DNA of 64,000 nucleotides from a virus (IMGVR_UViG_2799112330_000002:128001-192000); one strand, 5' to 3'; positions 1 to 10,254 are shown, counted from the first letter of the stretch. A program made the numbers and translations. The notes: generated by a model not told the origin, from the sequence alone.

Positions 1-3000
1 AATGCTAATTGTGGATAGTTCTTGATAGCAGCAATCTGTCCTTCATGCAACCACATCATATATTCAATATCATGACGTTCATGGTTACCTCTTGTTGTTG
101 TAGTCAAAGGATCATCAGAGTGACATGACTGAGTACCACCACATCCATACTCTGAATAACAAAGTATCTTAGATTTATTAGTTATAGTATTTGTAATACG
201 CTTATTGATTTCAGATGATGGATTATTTGAATTAGGACTTGCATACCATCCTACATAAATATTACATCCAAACCAATCACAATTAGGATTATTATAATAA
301 GCTGATGGATCTACAGCAGATTGTGCCATTACATATCCAACCCATGCTGTAGGAAGTACATTCTTAATAATTGTAACATACCCATTCATCTTTTCCTTTG
401 CAAAATCTTTATCGTCAGTTGTTGTCTCATTACTTAATCCCCAGAAGATAATACATGGGTGATTCATATGTTGTTCAATCATATCTTGATATTGTGTTTC
501 AAGGTGTGTGAAATAATCAGCAGGCATTGTACTTTGCATCTTATTGACACATGGCCCTTCAGTCTGAACTATAATACCAAGTTGATCACATCTATCATAT
601 ACTTCCTTAGGATGTGGATAGTGAGCAAGACGTAAGAAATTAAGATTAAGCTCTTGTATAGTATTGAATGTATTGTTATAGTCAGTATCATCTAATGCAT
701 TTGCTTTTCCATCTATATCATCGTGCATACAACATCCACGTAATAATAATGGTTGTCCATTCAATAAGAATCCTGTATATGGATCTTCATTAGCAAGAAC
801 TGTTGTATCATTAATTACATAATCATAGAAACGTAATCCATAAGGACGAACAAATCTATGATAAAGAACATTATCTTTAGAAATTTCAAGTGTTATATTA
901 TATAAGTGTGGATCTGCTTTACCATTCCAAAGATGTGGATTAGTAATTGTATTTGTAAATGTCATTTCTGTTCCATCACTTACTATAGTATCTGACCAAC
1001 TATATGTTCCATCACTTATCAAACATGTTACTGAAGCCCCTGTAGGAACAGTTGTCTTGATATTCAATGTTGCTGATGCTGCAGTTACTGTTGAATATAC
1101 ATGGAATCCATCATATCCATATTGTGTCCCTGGTAAGCATGGACTAGTAAATAGTTTAACTTTACCCAATGTTGCATTGAAGTTGAAGTCAGCATTTGCC
1201 GGAGCAAGATTATTTCCTTCATTATTCTTAAGTTGTATCTTTACATTATTTTGACCAGCATGTACAAAATTAGATATATCTACAGTAAATGCTGTATATC
1301 CTCCCCAGTGCTTTGTAACTTGTACATCATCAATATATATAGTTGCAGATTGGTCGGCATGTTGGAACCAAAGATAGGTAGGTTGAGCTTGACGTAATGC
1401 AAAGCTTGTTTCAAATGTGAATGTACCTTTTGAATAACTTGCTGAGTGACCATCAACACCATTAGCTGAGAATGGAGCTGTAACTTCTTGACCACCATAT
1501 TGCCATTTATTCAAATCACGATTAGATGCTTCAATAGGTACATCACTAACATATACACAAGTTTGTTTTACAATACGACTTTCTACACCATTTAATTCTG
1601 AATATGCTTGAACTACTGTATCACCGGTAATTGTTAGAGGTGTTGAATATGCAGTAAAGTCAGTATCACCAGTAAGTTTATAATATATTGTTGCTCCTTG
1701 AGTTTCACATGCTAATGTAATGGTTGAGAATCCATCATAAGTAATAGTTGGCGGAGCAACAGGAACATCATCATAAACTAGCCAGTTTATTGGAATTCCA
1801 TTTGCTCCTCTTGACCAAGTAGAAACTGATACCCCGCTATCTTTAACAAATGTACCTGATGATGCAACGCCAGTCACCCAGCCTTTTTTACAATCGGTTT
1901 GATTAAATCCTGTAATTGCCATACATTTGATGAAATTAAGACTTGAACATCCAGTAAACATACTTCCATAACAACTATTAACTAATGTTTCAGCAAGAAG
2001 ATCTGGAGCTTCTGTTATAGCACATGATTCAAACATATACCAATAACAGTATTTAGCAAGTGTTGTAGCAGGTAATGCTGGAGCCTTTGTTAAATTAGTT
2101 GCCCAACTAAACATAGCACGATAACATGCTTCTGTTAATGTTGTTACAGGTAATATAAGATTTTCAGCTGATACGACTTTTGCCTTCTTAAATAATGAAC
2201 ATAAATTATATGTACCGCTTGGAAATGATGTCTGATTTATAAAGTTATCTCCATATATTAATGACATTACGTTACCTTCAACATTAAATGATGCTGCATT
2301 GCTAACATAATCTCCATTCGTACCAGATTCTCCTAATCCGAATCCTGAATATTGTGATTTATTATTATTACAATATGTTGCATTATTACCACGGAATCTA
2401 ATAGTATCTCCTTGTGAAACATTTATCATAACACCATTTGATGTTGATGTTATTGATGTCCAAGGGCCGCCATTTAGACTATATTCAATAGTTTTTGATG
2501 TTGTATTTTGCTTCCAAGGTATTACACCATTTTCCAATATTTGGAATGTAAGATAATCCATGCTATAATCATGAACATCACTATATATACAAGTTTCAGA
2601 AACAACTGAGCTTTGTTTGCCTCTTAACATTGAATATGCCTGTACATATGTATCATCAAGTATAGGAATAGGACCACTATATTGCACAAAACTACCTGTA
2701 TTATTTAATTTATAGAATATTGTAGCATTTGCGGTTGGACAATTTATGACAACAGAAGGTCCATTACCAATAATTATTGGTGGGTCTAATAAAATAGGAT
2801 CATAGATACAGTTTTCAATAGCTGTATGTCCTTGTACATTATTAACCATTACATAAGCTTCAACTACAGTATCTGCAAGTATTTCAATAGCTGAATCATA
2901 ATGAGTGAATTCTCCGGTCTGATTCAAACGATAATATATTTCAGCATTTGCCTGATTACATCCAATTGTAACTATTTCACCATTACAGCTAATAATTGGA

Positions 3001-5231
3001 GTCTCAATACCGTTATCATAAAGAGCAGTTGCTATAATAATATCACTTCGTTCATTTCCTACTTGCGCATATGTCTGAATAACTGTATCTTCTTCCAATT
3101 CAATAGGTGTTGTATATTGAATATAACTTCCTAATTGGTTCAATCTATAGTATATAATGGCACCTTGAGTATCACATGTCAAAGTTACTATATTATTAGA
3201 ATTATTTATTTCAGGCTCATCAATACCATTGTCATATGTATAAGAACGTGTTATGATATCTGATTTCTCTGCTTCAAGTTGTGAATAAGCTTGAATAGTT
3301 GTATCTTCTGTAATTGATATTGGACCTGTGTATAAAATGTATTCTCCAGAATTATTTAATTTATAATATATTGATGCACCTTGAGTAGCACATGTTATGG
3401 TAATTGTCTGACCATCTGTACAGGTAATGACAGGATCCTCAATATTATGAAGTTTCTTGATATAGAATTCAGATACATCCATATTACAGAAACGATAAGG
3501 ATTACCATTTCCATCTAATGCACAACCTACAGTTACTTTAATATATTTAAGTTCATTAGTATCTGGGAATGTTCCAGTTTTTGCCGCATGATAACCACCA
3601 ATTAATTCATCACATACAAATTGATTTGAAGAAAGTGTTGGGTCATAAACAATTTTAATATTATATTCATGAACATCATTAGAACCATTTACCTTATTAT
3701 TAGCTGTAGCTGTTATTGTTGTATTGGTGTTGCTACCTGTGGCAAATTGTGTACCAAGTTGAATAGTTCTTGGGGCCGATTCCGCATATCTAATTTGAAA
3801 CCCATACCAAGGTGATGGATTTTGCCGTTTCATCGCCATCACATTATGGTGATTATCATTTTGATTTGGTGGTTGATTTGTGTAATCTATGGTAAAGTGT
3901 AATACCATTTCAAAACCATGTGTCAAATCAAATGCATAATAATCAGTATTAACACCGCTTGTACCATCCATATTCATTGAGCCTCCTTCACTTCCGGATG
4001 TATCAATATCATATCCAGTAACTACAGGATCACCATTGTCATTATACTCAACTGTTTGTGTAGATGTATTACCTGATGTATCTTGTGTCTGATTTACTTG
4101 ATCTGTTGGATCACCGTTTTCATTATAATTAGTTGTTGATGAACTTGATGAACCATCTGAATTAGTTGTTGTCTCATTAGTTGTTGAACCAGTTGTATTA
4201 CCGTTTTCATCATAATGAGTTGTCTCGGTTTGTGTCTGTGATGATCCATCTTGATTATCCACAGTTGTTGATGTTGTTTCAGAAGAAGTACCATCAGAAT
4301 TTGTAGTTGTAGTTGTTTCCTCAGTAGTAATAGCACCAGTTTCAGGATCAGGAGCAGAAGTGTTTGTTGTAGTCTCTGTAGTTGTACCTGTTGAATCTGT
4401 TGTCGTAGTTGTAGTAGATGATGAACCATCAGTATTCTCAGTAGTCTCTGTTGATGTTGTCTGAGAATAACCATTTTCATCAGTTGTAGTAGTGGTAGTA
4501 GTGGTTGTAGTTGCACCAGTCTCTTGGTCTGTAGTAGTTGTAGTAGTCTCTGTAGTAACAGTACCATTTTCGTCAACAGTTGTCTCTGTAGTTGTTCCTG
4601 CATCATACACCAAATTGATTTGTTTGGTCGCAGTATATGTATTATTATTACGAGTATATTCTGCTTCAACTTCTATAGTACCTGATGAAATAATAGTAAT
4701 ATTACCACGATTGTCAATTTGAGCAAAATTATTACCGTTTACAATTGTCCATTCTGGATTGACTATTGTTGAATTGAATCTACCGATGACATTTCCAGAT
4801 GTACCTGTAATAGTATCTGCACCTTCAATAGTCAATTGGTTGTCATAAGATATAGTAATAGTCTTTGTAGCTGTCTTTCCTCTATATACTGCTTGTACAA
4901 CTATAGGCTCATTTATGACACCAACATCAATAGTGACTTTACCGTTCTCATTGATTGTTGCATATTGACCACCTGAAATAATTGACCAAGTTGGAGCGAC
5001 TATTCTATTATTATATACATAAGTAAGATTGAATGTTTTACCAGTGAATGTATCAACACCAGAAATAACATAAGTGACTTCATCATCAATCTTGACTTCA
5101 CTATAGAAATAAATATTAGATGTCAATATACTTGACTGAACATCTGTTTGTAATACCCATTGCCCATCAACTTTTCTATAGACATCTAATACTTCAACCC
5201 ATTCACCATTTAGCTTTATATAATCCGCCAT
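1..5231 (-). CDS. Large multidomain virion/tail-associated protein with a C-terminal GH2 (beta-galactosidase/glucuronidase family) glycosidase; 3' end runs off the window
   Basis: Absent from the ORF track, consistent with no stop before the window edge. ATG at 5231 (MADYIKLNGEWVEVLDVYRKVDGQW). The same frame contains a Thr-rich linker, repeated 'ITCATQGASIYYKLN' Fn3-associated/chitobiase-C-type modules, and GH2 motifs PHLWNG, NGQPLLLRGCCMHDD, LRLAHYPH, WGLSNE (Glu codon 426-428) and SEYG (Glu codon 150-152). Confidence 0.85.
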   Translation of the reverse strand, partial: MADYIKLNGEWVEVLDVYRKVDGQWVLQTDVQSSILTSNIYFYSEVKIDDEVTYVISGVDTFTGKTFNLTYVYNNRIVAPTWSIISGGQYATINENGKVTIDVGVINEPIVVQAVYRGKTATKTITISYDNQLTIEGADTITGTSGNVIGRFNSTIVNPEWTIVNGNNFAQIDNRGNITIISSGTIEVEAEYTRNNNTYTATKQINLVYDAGTTTETTVDENGTVTTETTTTTTDQETGATTTTTTTTTTDENGYSQTTSTETTENTDGSSSTTTTTTDSTGTTTETTTNTSAPDPETGAITTEETTTTTNSDGTSSETTSTTVDNQDGSSQTQTETTHYDENGNTTGSTTNETTTNSDGSSSSSTTNYNENGDPTDQVNQTQDTSGNTSTQTVEYNDNGDPVVTGYDIDTSGSEGGSMNMDGTSGVNTDYYAFDLTHGFEMVLHFTIDYTNQPPNQNDNHHNVMAMKRQNPSPWYGFQIRYAESAPRTIQLGTQFATGSNTNTTITATANNKVNGSNDVHEYNIKIVYDPTLSSNQFVCDELIGGYHAAKTGTFPDTNELKYIKVTVGCALDGNGNPYRFCNMDVSEFYIKKLHNIEDPVITCTDGQTITITCATQGASIYYKLNNSGEYILYTGPISITEDTTIQAYSQLEAEKSDIITRSYTYDNGIDEPEINNSNNIVTLTCDTQGAIIYYRLNQLGSYIQYTTPIELEEDTVIQTYAQVGNERSDIIIATALYDNGIETPIISCNGEIVTIGCNQANAEIYYRLNQTGEFTHYDSAIEILADTVVEAYVMVNNVQGHTAIENCIYDPILLDPPIIIGNGPSVVINCPTANATIFYKLNNTGSFVQYSGPIPILDDTYVQAYSMLRGKQSSVVSETCIYSDVHDYSMDYLTFQILENGVIPWKQNTTSKTIEYSLNGGPWTSITSTSNGVMINVSQGDTIRFRGNNATYCNNNKSQYSGFGLGESGTNGDYVSNAASFNVEGNVMSLIYGDNFINQTSFPSGTYNLCSLFKKAKVVSAENLILPVTTLTEACYRAMFSWATNLTKAPALPATTLAKYCYWYMFESCAITEAPDLLAETLVNSCYGSMFTGCSSLNFIKCMAITGFNQTDCKKGWVTGVASSGTFVKDSGVSVSTWSRGANGIPINWLVYDDVPVAPPTITYDGFSTITLACETQGATIYYKLTGDTDFTAYSTPLTITGDTVVQAYSELNGVESRIVKQTCVYVSDVPIEASNRDLNKWQYGGQEVTAPFSANGVDGHSASYSKGTFTFETSFALRQAQPTYLWFQHADQSATIYIDDVQVTKHWGGYTAFTVDISNFVHAGQNNVKIQLKNNEGNNLAPANADFNFNATLGKVKLFTSPCLPGTQYGYDGFHVYSTVTAASATLNIKTTVPTGASVTCLISDGTYSWSDTIVSDGTEMTFTNTITNPHLWNGKADPHLYNITLEISKDNVLYHRFVRPYGLRFYDYVINDTTVLANEDPYTGFLLNGQPLLLRGCCMHDDIDGKANALDDTDYNNTFNTIQELNLNFLRLAHYPHPKEVYDRCDQLGIIVQTEGPCVNKMQSTMPADYFTHLETQYQDMIEQHMNHPCIIFWGLSNETTTDDKDFAKEKMNGYVTIIKNVLPTAWVGYVMAQSAVDPSAYYNNPNCDWFGCNIYVGWYASPNSNNPSSEINKRITNTITNKSKILCYSEYGCGGTQSCHSDDPLTTTTRGNHERHDIEYMMWLHEGQIAAIKNYPQLA
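4010..4600 (-). repeat. Thr-rich low-complexity repeats (TTTTDENG/TENTDGSSTTT-type) inside the GH2 protein
   Basis: Dense gtt/gta-rich tract translating to T/S/D-rich turns in the frame of the 1-5231 gene. Confidence 0.7.
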
Positions 5232-5283
5232 TACTACCTATAAAAATGTATTTCCTCTATATATTTTTATTATTCTGTAATAT

Positions 5284-5496
5284 TTATTTCATTTTATAGT
5301 TGTTATAATCACTCCACCATTTAATTACTTTATCTAATTGTTTATCATCTGGCTCACCATTACCAGCATTCTTTTTTCTATCATCATTATCTTTATATGC
5401 ATTTAATGCCTTTTTAATGACTTCATATTCAAATGGTGGAACTTCAAATACTCGTTCATATTTTTCATTAACTATATAGTCTTTAATATCTTTCAT
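5284..5496 (-). CDS. Small putative internal head protein
   Basis: N-terminus MKDIKDYIVNE resembles the T4 internal-protein capsid-targeting sequence (MKTYQEFIAE). Confidence 0.6.
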   Translation of the reverse strand: MKDIKDYIVNEKYERVFEVPPFEYEVIKKALNAYKDNDDRKKNAGNGEPDDKQLDKVIKWWSDYNNYKMK

Positions 5497-5508
5497 AATT
5501 TTTATTTA

Positions 5509-5916
5509 CTATATATTTTTTGATTCATCCCAAATATCTTTAATGATTTGCTTTACTTTACTATCATTTCTGATTTTCTTTATAATTGGTGTTAAATCTT
5601 TTAATCTTTTATTTTTATTTTTAGACCATTTGATATAGTCTTCATCTTGATCTAATATCTTCTTAATTGCTTTTAACTCTCTTTTATGCTTAAATTCTTC
5701 AAATTTATCTTTAGTAATTTCTTTTAATGTACTTATACCAAATGTAGCATCTTCAAGTCCAGTGGCAAAAAATATGCCAGCCCATAGAAAATATAAAACA
5801 TACACAGCAATAGCATAAGGTTGCCATTCAGCTGGTAATAAATGTACTGGATATACAAAATTTTCATCAATTTGTTGTTCATTTTCATTAATGATATAGT
5901 CTTTAATGTCTTTCAT
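5509..5916 (-). CDS. Putative internal head protein with one hydrophobic helix
   Basis: MKDIKDYIINE N-terminus; hydrophobic stretch YAIAVYVLYFLWAGIFFATG. Confidence 0.6.
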   Translation of the reverse strand: MKDIKDYIINENEQQIDENFVYPVHLLPAEWQPYAIAVYVLYFLWAGIFFATGLEDATFGISTLKEITKDKFEEFKHKRELKAIKKILDQDEDYIKWSKNKNKRLKDLTPIIKKIRNDSKVKQIIKDIWDESKNI

Positions 5917-5950
5917 AAAATTATTATCTATATTTTTTTATTAAATTATT

Positions 5951-6466
5951 TTATAATACGGCTGAATAAATAATGCCATCCTTTTCTTCCCCATGGCCAA
6001 TATTACGATAAGATGTTACTTTCCCATAGTCATTACGAATGTTATAAACAACATCGTCAGTATCTTTGCATACAACAATTTTTTCTAATGTCTTAAACCA
6101 TTCATAACCGCGTTTCTTGTCTTTAAGTACATCTTTTGCTTCTTCTTCATTAGTTGTATAGAAAGCAACATAAGTCAATTTCTTAGCCATTGGACGTGAT
6201 GTAGTACAAACATATATTGATGCATCTTTATCAGTTATGTCAGATGAATAAGTTGATTGTACAGCAAATACTTTATCTTGACCTTCAATTTTACCACGTT
6301 CTTGATATATTGATCCAGTTGAACCAACAAATGAAAGTTTTTCTTCTGTATCTCCACCACCAGCACCATTAGCATATTTTAGACCAAGAAATTTTTGAAC
6401 ATTTTGGGGAGCTAATGTATCACCATTTCTCCAACCTTCTAGAATATATGTCTTTATATCTTTCAT
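5951..6466 (-). CDS. Putative internal head protein
   Basis: MKDIKTYILE N-terminus. Confidence 0.6.
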   Translation of the reverse strand: MKDIKTYILEGWRNGDTLAPQNVQKFLGLKYANGAGGGDTEEKLSFVGSTGSIYQERGKIEGQDKVFAVQSTYSSDITDKDASIYVCTTSRPMAKKLTYVAFYTTNEEEAKDVLKDKKRGYEWFKTLEKIVVCKDTDDVVYNIRNDYGKVTSYRNIGHGEEKDGIIYSAVL

Positions 6467-6494
6467 AATTTTTATTTACTATATTTGATTTATT

Positions 6495-6761
6495 TTATAC
6501 TACTTTATAAGTGACATCAACTTGAATGATATCAATGTCCCCATAATGTCCTTTTGTTTCTCTATCTGCGGCGTTTTTCTCTACTTTGGCTTTATATAGT
6601 GTCTTACCTTTCCATGCATGACTTATATTTTTAGTAGTCTTCCACCATTCAGCATCAGAATATATATATTCGTCCTTGTGTTCACCATTTTTGATCCTAA
6701 GAACAAAATATCTTTCACTGCTTAATGATTCATTAACAAATCTTTCAGTAATGTCTTTCAT
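6495..6761 (-). CDS. Putative internal head protein
   Basis: MKDITERFVNE N-terminus. Confidence 0.55.
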   Translation of the reverse strand: MKDITERFVNESLSSERYFVLRIKNGEHKDEYIYSDAEWWKTTKNISHAWKGKTLYKAKVEKNAADRETKGHYGDIDIIQVDVTYKVV

Positions 6762-7057
6762 ACTTTATGTTGTTTTTGATATTTTTCAAATTCTTCATCA
6801 GTTTTATCGCTAAGATACTTTTCTTCAAATTCATGCATTTCAGAAGAAGTAAAAGGTTGATTAGATTTATATTTTTTATCGAACTCATCAGAAGACCCAA
6901 ACCATGCTGTAAGTATATATTCTAATCCATCATTTGAGTTTTTATCTCCACAAAATTGTGAAGCCGCAGCATAAAATTTTGGACATTCATTTTTTATTTG
7001 TTTAATATTAATATTATCTTTAATTGATTCATTAATATATTGATTAATTGATTTCAT
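6758..7057 (-). CDS. Putative internal head protein
   Basis: MKSINQYINE N-terminus. Confidence 0.6.
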   Translation of the reverse strand: MKSINQYINESIKDNINIKQIKNECPKFYAAASQFCGDKNSNDGLEYILTAWFGSSDEFDKKYKSNQPFTSSEMHEFEEKYLSDKTDEEFEKYQKQHKV

Positions 7058-7079
7058 AAGCTTTATATTTTATATGTTT

Positions 7080-8405
7080 TTACTCTGTTTGCATATATAA
7101 GTCTCCATTATTTCCATTAGCATTATTTGGTACACCTTGTCCTGAATATAAAACAGATGGAGAAACTAATTGCCATTGACCATTTACTACCATAAGTATC
7201 TTTCCATTATCAGAAGCAGAAACTTGTGGAAGTCCTGATACAACTATATTTCCAGTACCTACAAGTGATTCATTATTGATTGTCTTAAGTGATTGATGCT
7301 CTGTAAGGAATGTTGTACCTTTTGTCAATGTTATCTCATGATTATTTACTGTTATGTCTGTTACTGCATTTCCTGCACCTGTTGTAGTACCTTTTGATAG
7401 TGGAGTTTCGGTTTTCAAGAATGTATTATAGTTATAACTACTGTCTGCTATTGTTCCATCTGAATTAAAATAAGCAAAATTACCAGTTGTTGGATTTGAT
7501 ACTTTAGGAATCTTTGCACTTATTTGTGTTGTTAATGTGCCTGCCAAATCTGCATCATTATTTAATGCATATGCAATTTCTTGTAATGTATCTAATGCAT
7601 CAGGAGCTGTTCCTATCAAATCAGCAAACTTAGTATATACTGCACCACCAGAAACAGGATTAGTATCATTCTCAGTTACTGTTGTTGATGTTGTTGGAAC
7701 TGTTGGTATAGTTGGCTTGTTTAATATATAAGCATAACTAGTAGAATCAGAAATATTCCAGTCAGCCCTTATATTATTACGAGCATCAAGAGCCTGTTGG
7801 AGAGTTTCATTAGTTTGGTTTTTAAAAACAACTTTTATCCAATCCCAATTTGAAAACTGAGGAGCAATAGAATCCATTTTAATAAGTTCAGGCCCTATAA
7901 ATATATTCGTATCTATATCATTTGTAAATATTTTATTACCATAGATATATTCTTCTCCCATTGTATGAACCAAATTACTATCATTCGGAATTACTGGTTT
8001 ATTTAATATATAAGTATAACTTGTAGAATCGCTTTCATTCCAATCTGATTTTACTAACTCTGGTATAGTTGGTTTGTTTTGAATATATGCAGCACTTGAT
8101 GAATTAGTTTCATTCCAATTTGGATTAGTTTCAATTGTTAAGAAATTTGAAAGATCTGGTTTATTCAATATATATGTTTCTTTTGTAGAATCTGACTCAT
8201 CCCAATCTGATTGAACATTTTCATATGATGTGCCTTCAATACCACTAAGACGATCATTAAGATCATTTATTCTTTGAGATATTGCATTATTGTTTTGCGG
8301 TATAATCTCTAATATAGCTTGAACAGTTTGGTCAGAAATTATATATGATACACCATTTATATTGATTGCTGATAATTTATTTACTGGATATACTGGATCT
8401 GCCAT
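7080..8405 (-). CDS. Tail fibre-like structural protein
   Basis: Four SDWNESDSTSYxYILNKP repeats and the GTAPDALDTLQEIA motif typical of tail-fibre shafts. Confidence 0.7.
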   Translation of the reverse strand: MADPVYPVNKLSAININGVSYIISDQTVQAILEIIPQNNNAISQRINDLNDRLSGIEGTSYENVQSDWDESDSTKETYILNKPDLSNFLTIETNPNWNETNSSSAAYIQNKPTIPELVKSDWNESDSTSYTYILNKPVIPNDSNLVHTMGEEYIYGNKIFTNDIDTNIFIGPELIKMDSIAPQFSNWDWIKVVFKNQTNETLQQALDARNNIRADWNISDSTSYAYILNKPTIPTVPTTSTTVTENDTNPVSGGAVYTKFADLIGTAPDALDTLQEIAYALNNDADLAGTLTTQISAKIPKVSNPTTGNFAYFNSDGTIADSSYNYNTFLKTETPLSKGTTTGAGNAVTDITVNNHEITLTKGTTFLTEHQSLKTINNESLVGTGNIVVSGLPQVSASDNGKILMVVNGQWQLVSPSVLYSGQGVPNNANGNNGDLYMQTE

Positions 8406-8426
8406 TACTTATAAAACATATTTATT

Positions 8427-8443
8427 TATATAATTAAAAATAA
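8427..8443 (-). promoter_or_regulatory. Putative late promoter TTATTTTTAATTATATA
   Basis: Exact 17-mer, 22 nt upstream of the 8405 start; identical copies at 10196, 14186, 26594 and 54732. Confidence 0.7.
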
Positions 8444-8456
8444 TTTTTTTAGACGA

Positions 8457-8486
8457 AAAGAGAGCTATATTTCTATAACTCTCTTT
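8457..8486 (-). terminator. Intrinsic terminator hairpin
   Basis: AAAGAGAGCTATA-tttc-TATAACTCTCTTT, downstream of the 8522-9598 gene. Confidence 0.6.
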
Positions 8487-8521
8487 ATGTTTTTTCTTAA
8501 GTTGTATATTAACTATTTATA

Positions 8522-9598
8522 TTATGCATGTGCTGCACTTGTTACTCCATTTACTGCAAGAATAGTAGTTGTTGTGAAGTTCATTGTATAAGCATGAGTA
8601 TTATCATCAAATGATGTTCCAACATAATGCATCATTGTTTCATAAGAATAATATGCAAGTTCTAAGTTTCCAGATGTAGGAGCTACACCATTGATTGTCT
8701 TTACTGCTGCAGTAGCAAGTTCATTGATTTCAGATTTGTCTGCCTTTTGATTTAAATATGCATAAGCAACGCCTGAACTGATGACATTTGTTGAATTTTC
8801 TGTAGGAGCAGCATCAAATGTTAAAGCATCTTGTTTTGCATCAACATAAGTCTGTACATAAGATAATGTAGCATAGTCATCCAATGTTGTTTCTAATGAT
8901 GTAGAAGTTACATAACTTTGTTCACTTAATACAGCCTGTGTTACATAACCATCTAAACTAATTTGTGTAGTACCAATTAATTCCCAACTATAAGTATCAT
9001 TAGTAGTATCATGTATTAAAATGTATTCATCTTTAACATTTCGACCTGAACCTTCATTAGGAATTAAATAAATGATATACATATTATCAGCTCCTGGATT
9101 TGCTGGTAATGCACCGACTGTTTCATACTTAAATTGATCAATTCCATTTATTAAACCATTAATTTCATCCTTAGAATATGAATCATCGATTGTACGATAA
9201 TAAGATGCAACGTAAGAAAGTTCTGCGTAAGGAGTTAGATCTGTAGCTGCTGGTTTATCAATTAAATCGTTGAAACTACCAGTAAATGCAACAGCTGCTA
9301 AGTTTTCAGTATTTGCTTTAGCACTTAATCCAGTGTAAACAGCACCTGAACTAATAGCATTTGTTGAATTTTCTGTAGGAGCATTATCAAATGTCAAAGT
9401 GTCTTGCTTACCATTAATATATGATACTAATGTAGCTACTGTTCCATCAAATGTTGATGCTAAAGTATCAAGTGCAGGATCATGAATCTGATATAACTTG
9501 TTATCAATGTTTAACTTTTCAAGCAAATTAAGACTTGAATTGGTATGTAAAGCATCAATTTGACTTTGAGCTGTGTTTGTTATAACTAATTCTGCCAT
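8522..9598 (-). CDS. Tail fibre/structural protein
   Basis: Duplicated KQDxLTFDxAPTENSTNxISSG module, LAAVAFTGSFNDL and WELIGTT motifs typical of phage fibre proteins. Confidence 0.6.
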   Translation of the reverse strand: MAELVITNTAQSQIDALHTNSSLNLLEKLNIDNKLYQIHDPALDTLASTFDGTVATLVSYINGKQDTLTFDNAPTENSTNAISSGAVYTGLSAKANTENLAAVAFTGSFNDLIDKPAATDLTPYAELSYVASYYRTIDDSYSKDEINGLINGIDQFKYETVGALPANPGADNMYIIYLIPNEGSGRNVKDEYILIHDTTNDTYSWELIGTTQISLDGYVTQAVLSEQSYVTSTSLETTLDDYATLSYVQTYVDAKQDALTFDAAPTENSTNVISSGVAYAYLNQKADKSEINELATAAVKTINGVAPTSGNLELAYYSYETMMHYVGTSFDDNTHAYTMNFTTTTILAVNGVTSAAHA

Positions 9599-9650
9599 AT
9601 TTTTATCTTTTTATTTATATATTTTATATATTTTTGGTTTTATTTTGTTT

Positions 9651-10172
9651 TTAGTTATTTAACTGTAGTATGTTTCTAGCATATTTACTATGTAATTCAT
9701 CATTTATCTTAAGTGTATTACCATCATAGTCATAGTGTAGATCATAGATAATCATATCTGTCTTCTTATATGGAACATTTATCTTATTGTAGATCTTTTT
9801 TATCTTTTCATATAAAGTTGAACTTACAATGGTATCGTTTTCTTCATAAAGTTCCGAATCATCACATGTATTTATCTTTTCTTTTACTACCTTGTCATTT
9901 ACAATATTCTTATATACTAAACGGTTTTCTTTATTGAAAAAATGTCCATATACAATCTTATAAGGAATCTTCAATTCAGTAGTTATAAGTCCAAGAATGT
10001 ATAATGTTTGATTAATATAATAGTATTTTAGTTTCTTGTATGTACTAGCAATAGCATTATATACAATATTGTTTTCAATCTTTCTTATATAGTATCTATT
10101 GTTGAACTTATCAAATCCTACTTTATTGAATTTTTCTCCGTATATTCTTGAATAATTATTGCTAACAATCAT
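9651..10172 (-). CDS. Hypothetical protein (late-promoter driven)
   Basis: 173-aa ORF directly below the 17-mer at 10196. Confidence 0.55.
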   Translation of the reverse strand: MIVSNNYSRIYGEKFNKVGFDKFNNRYYIRKIENNIVYNAIASTYKKLKYYYINQTLYILGLITTELKIPYKIVYGHFFNKENRLVYKNIVNDKVVKEKINTCDDSELYEENDTIVSSTLYEKIKKIYNKINVPYKKTDMIIYDLHYDYDGNTLKINDELHSKYARNILQLNN

Positions 10173-10195
10173 AATTCATTAAAAATGAACTTAAA

Positions 10196-10212
10196 TATAT
10201 AATTAAAAATAA
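10196..10212 (-). promoter_or_regulatory. Putative late promoter (17-mer)
   Basis: Exact tatataattaaaaataa on the + strand. Confidence 0.7.
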
Positions 10213-10224
10213 AACAAATTTAGA

Positions 10225-10254
10225 TTGAATTTTATTTGTCTATTTGACTATTTT
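10225..10254 (+). promoter_or_regulatory. Putative early/middle promoter TTGAAT-N18-TATTTT
   Basis: Same architecture recurs upstream of + strand operons at 22616, 23593, 26620, 36490 and 55624. Confidence 0.45.

Noticed and set aside
4094-4722. Q/L-rich and V-rich ORFs
   Set aside because: Alternative-frame shadows of the Thr-rich linker in the 1-5231 gene.
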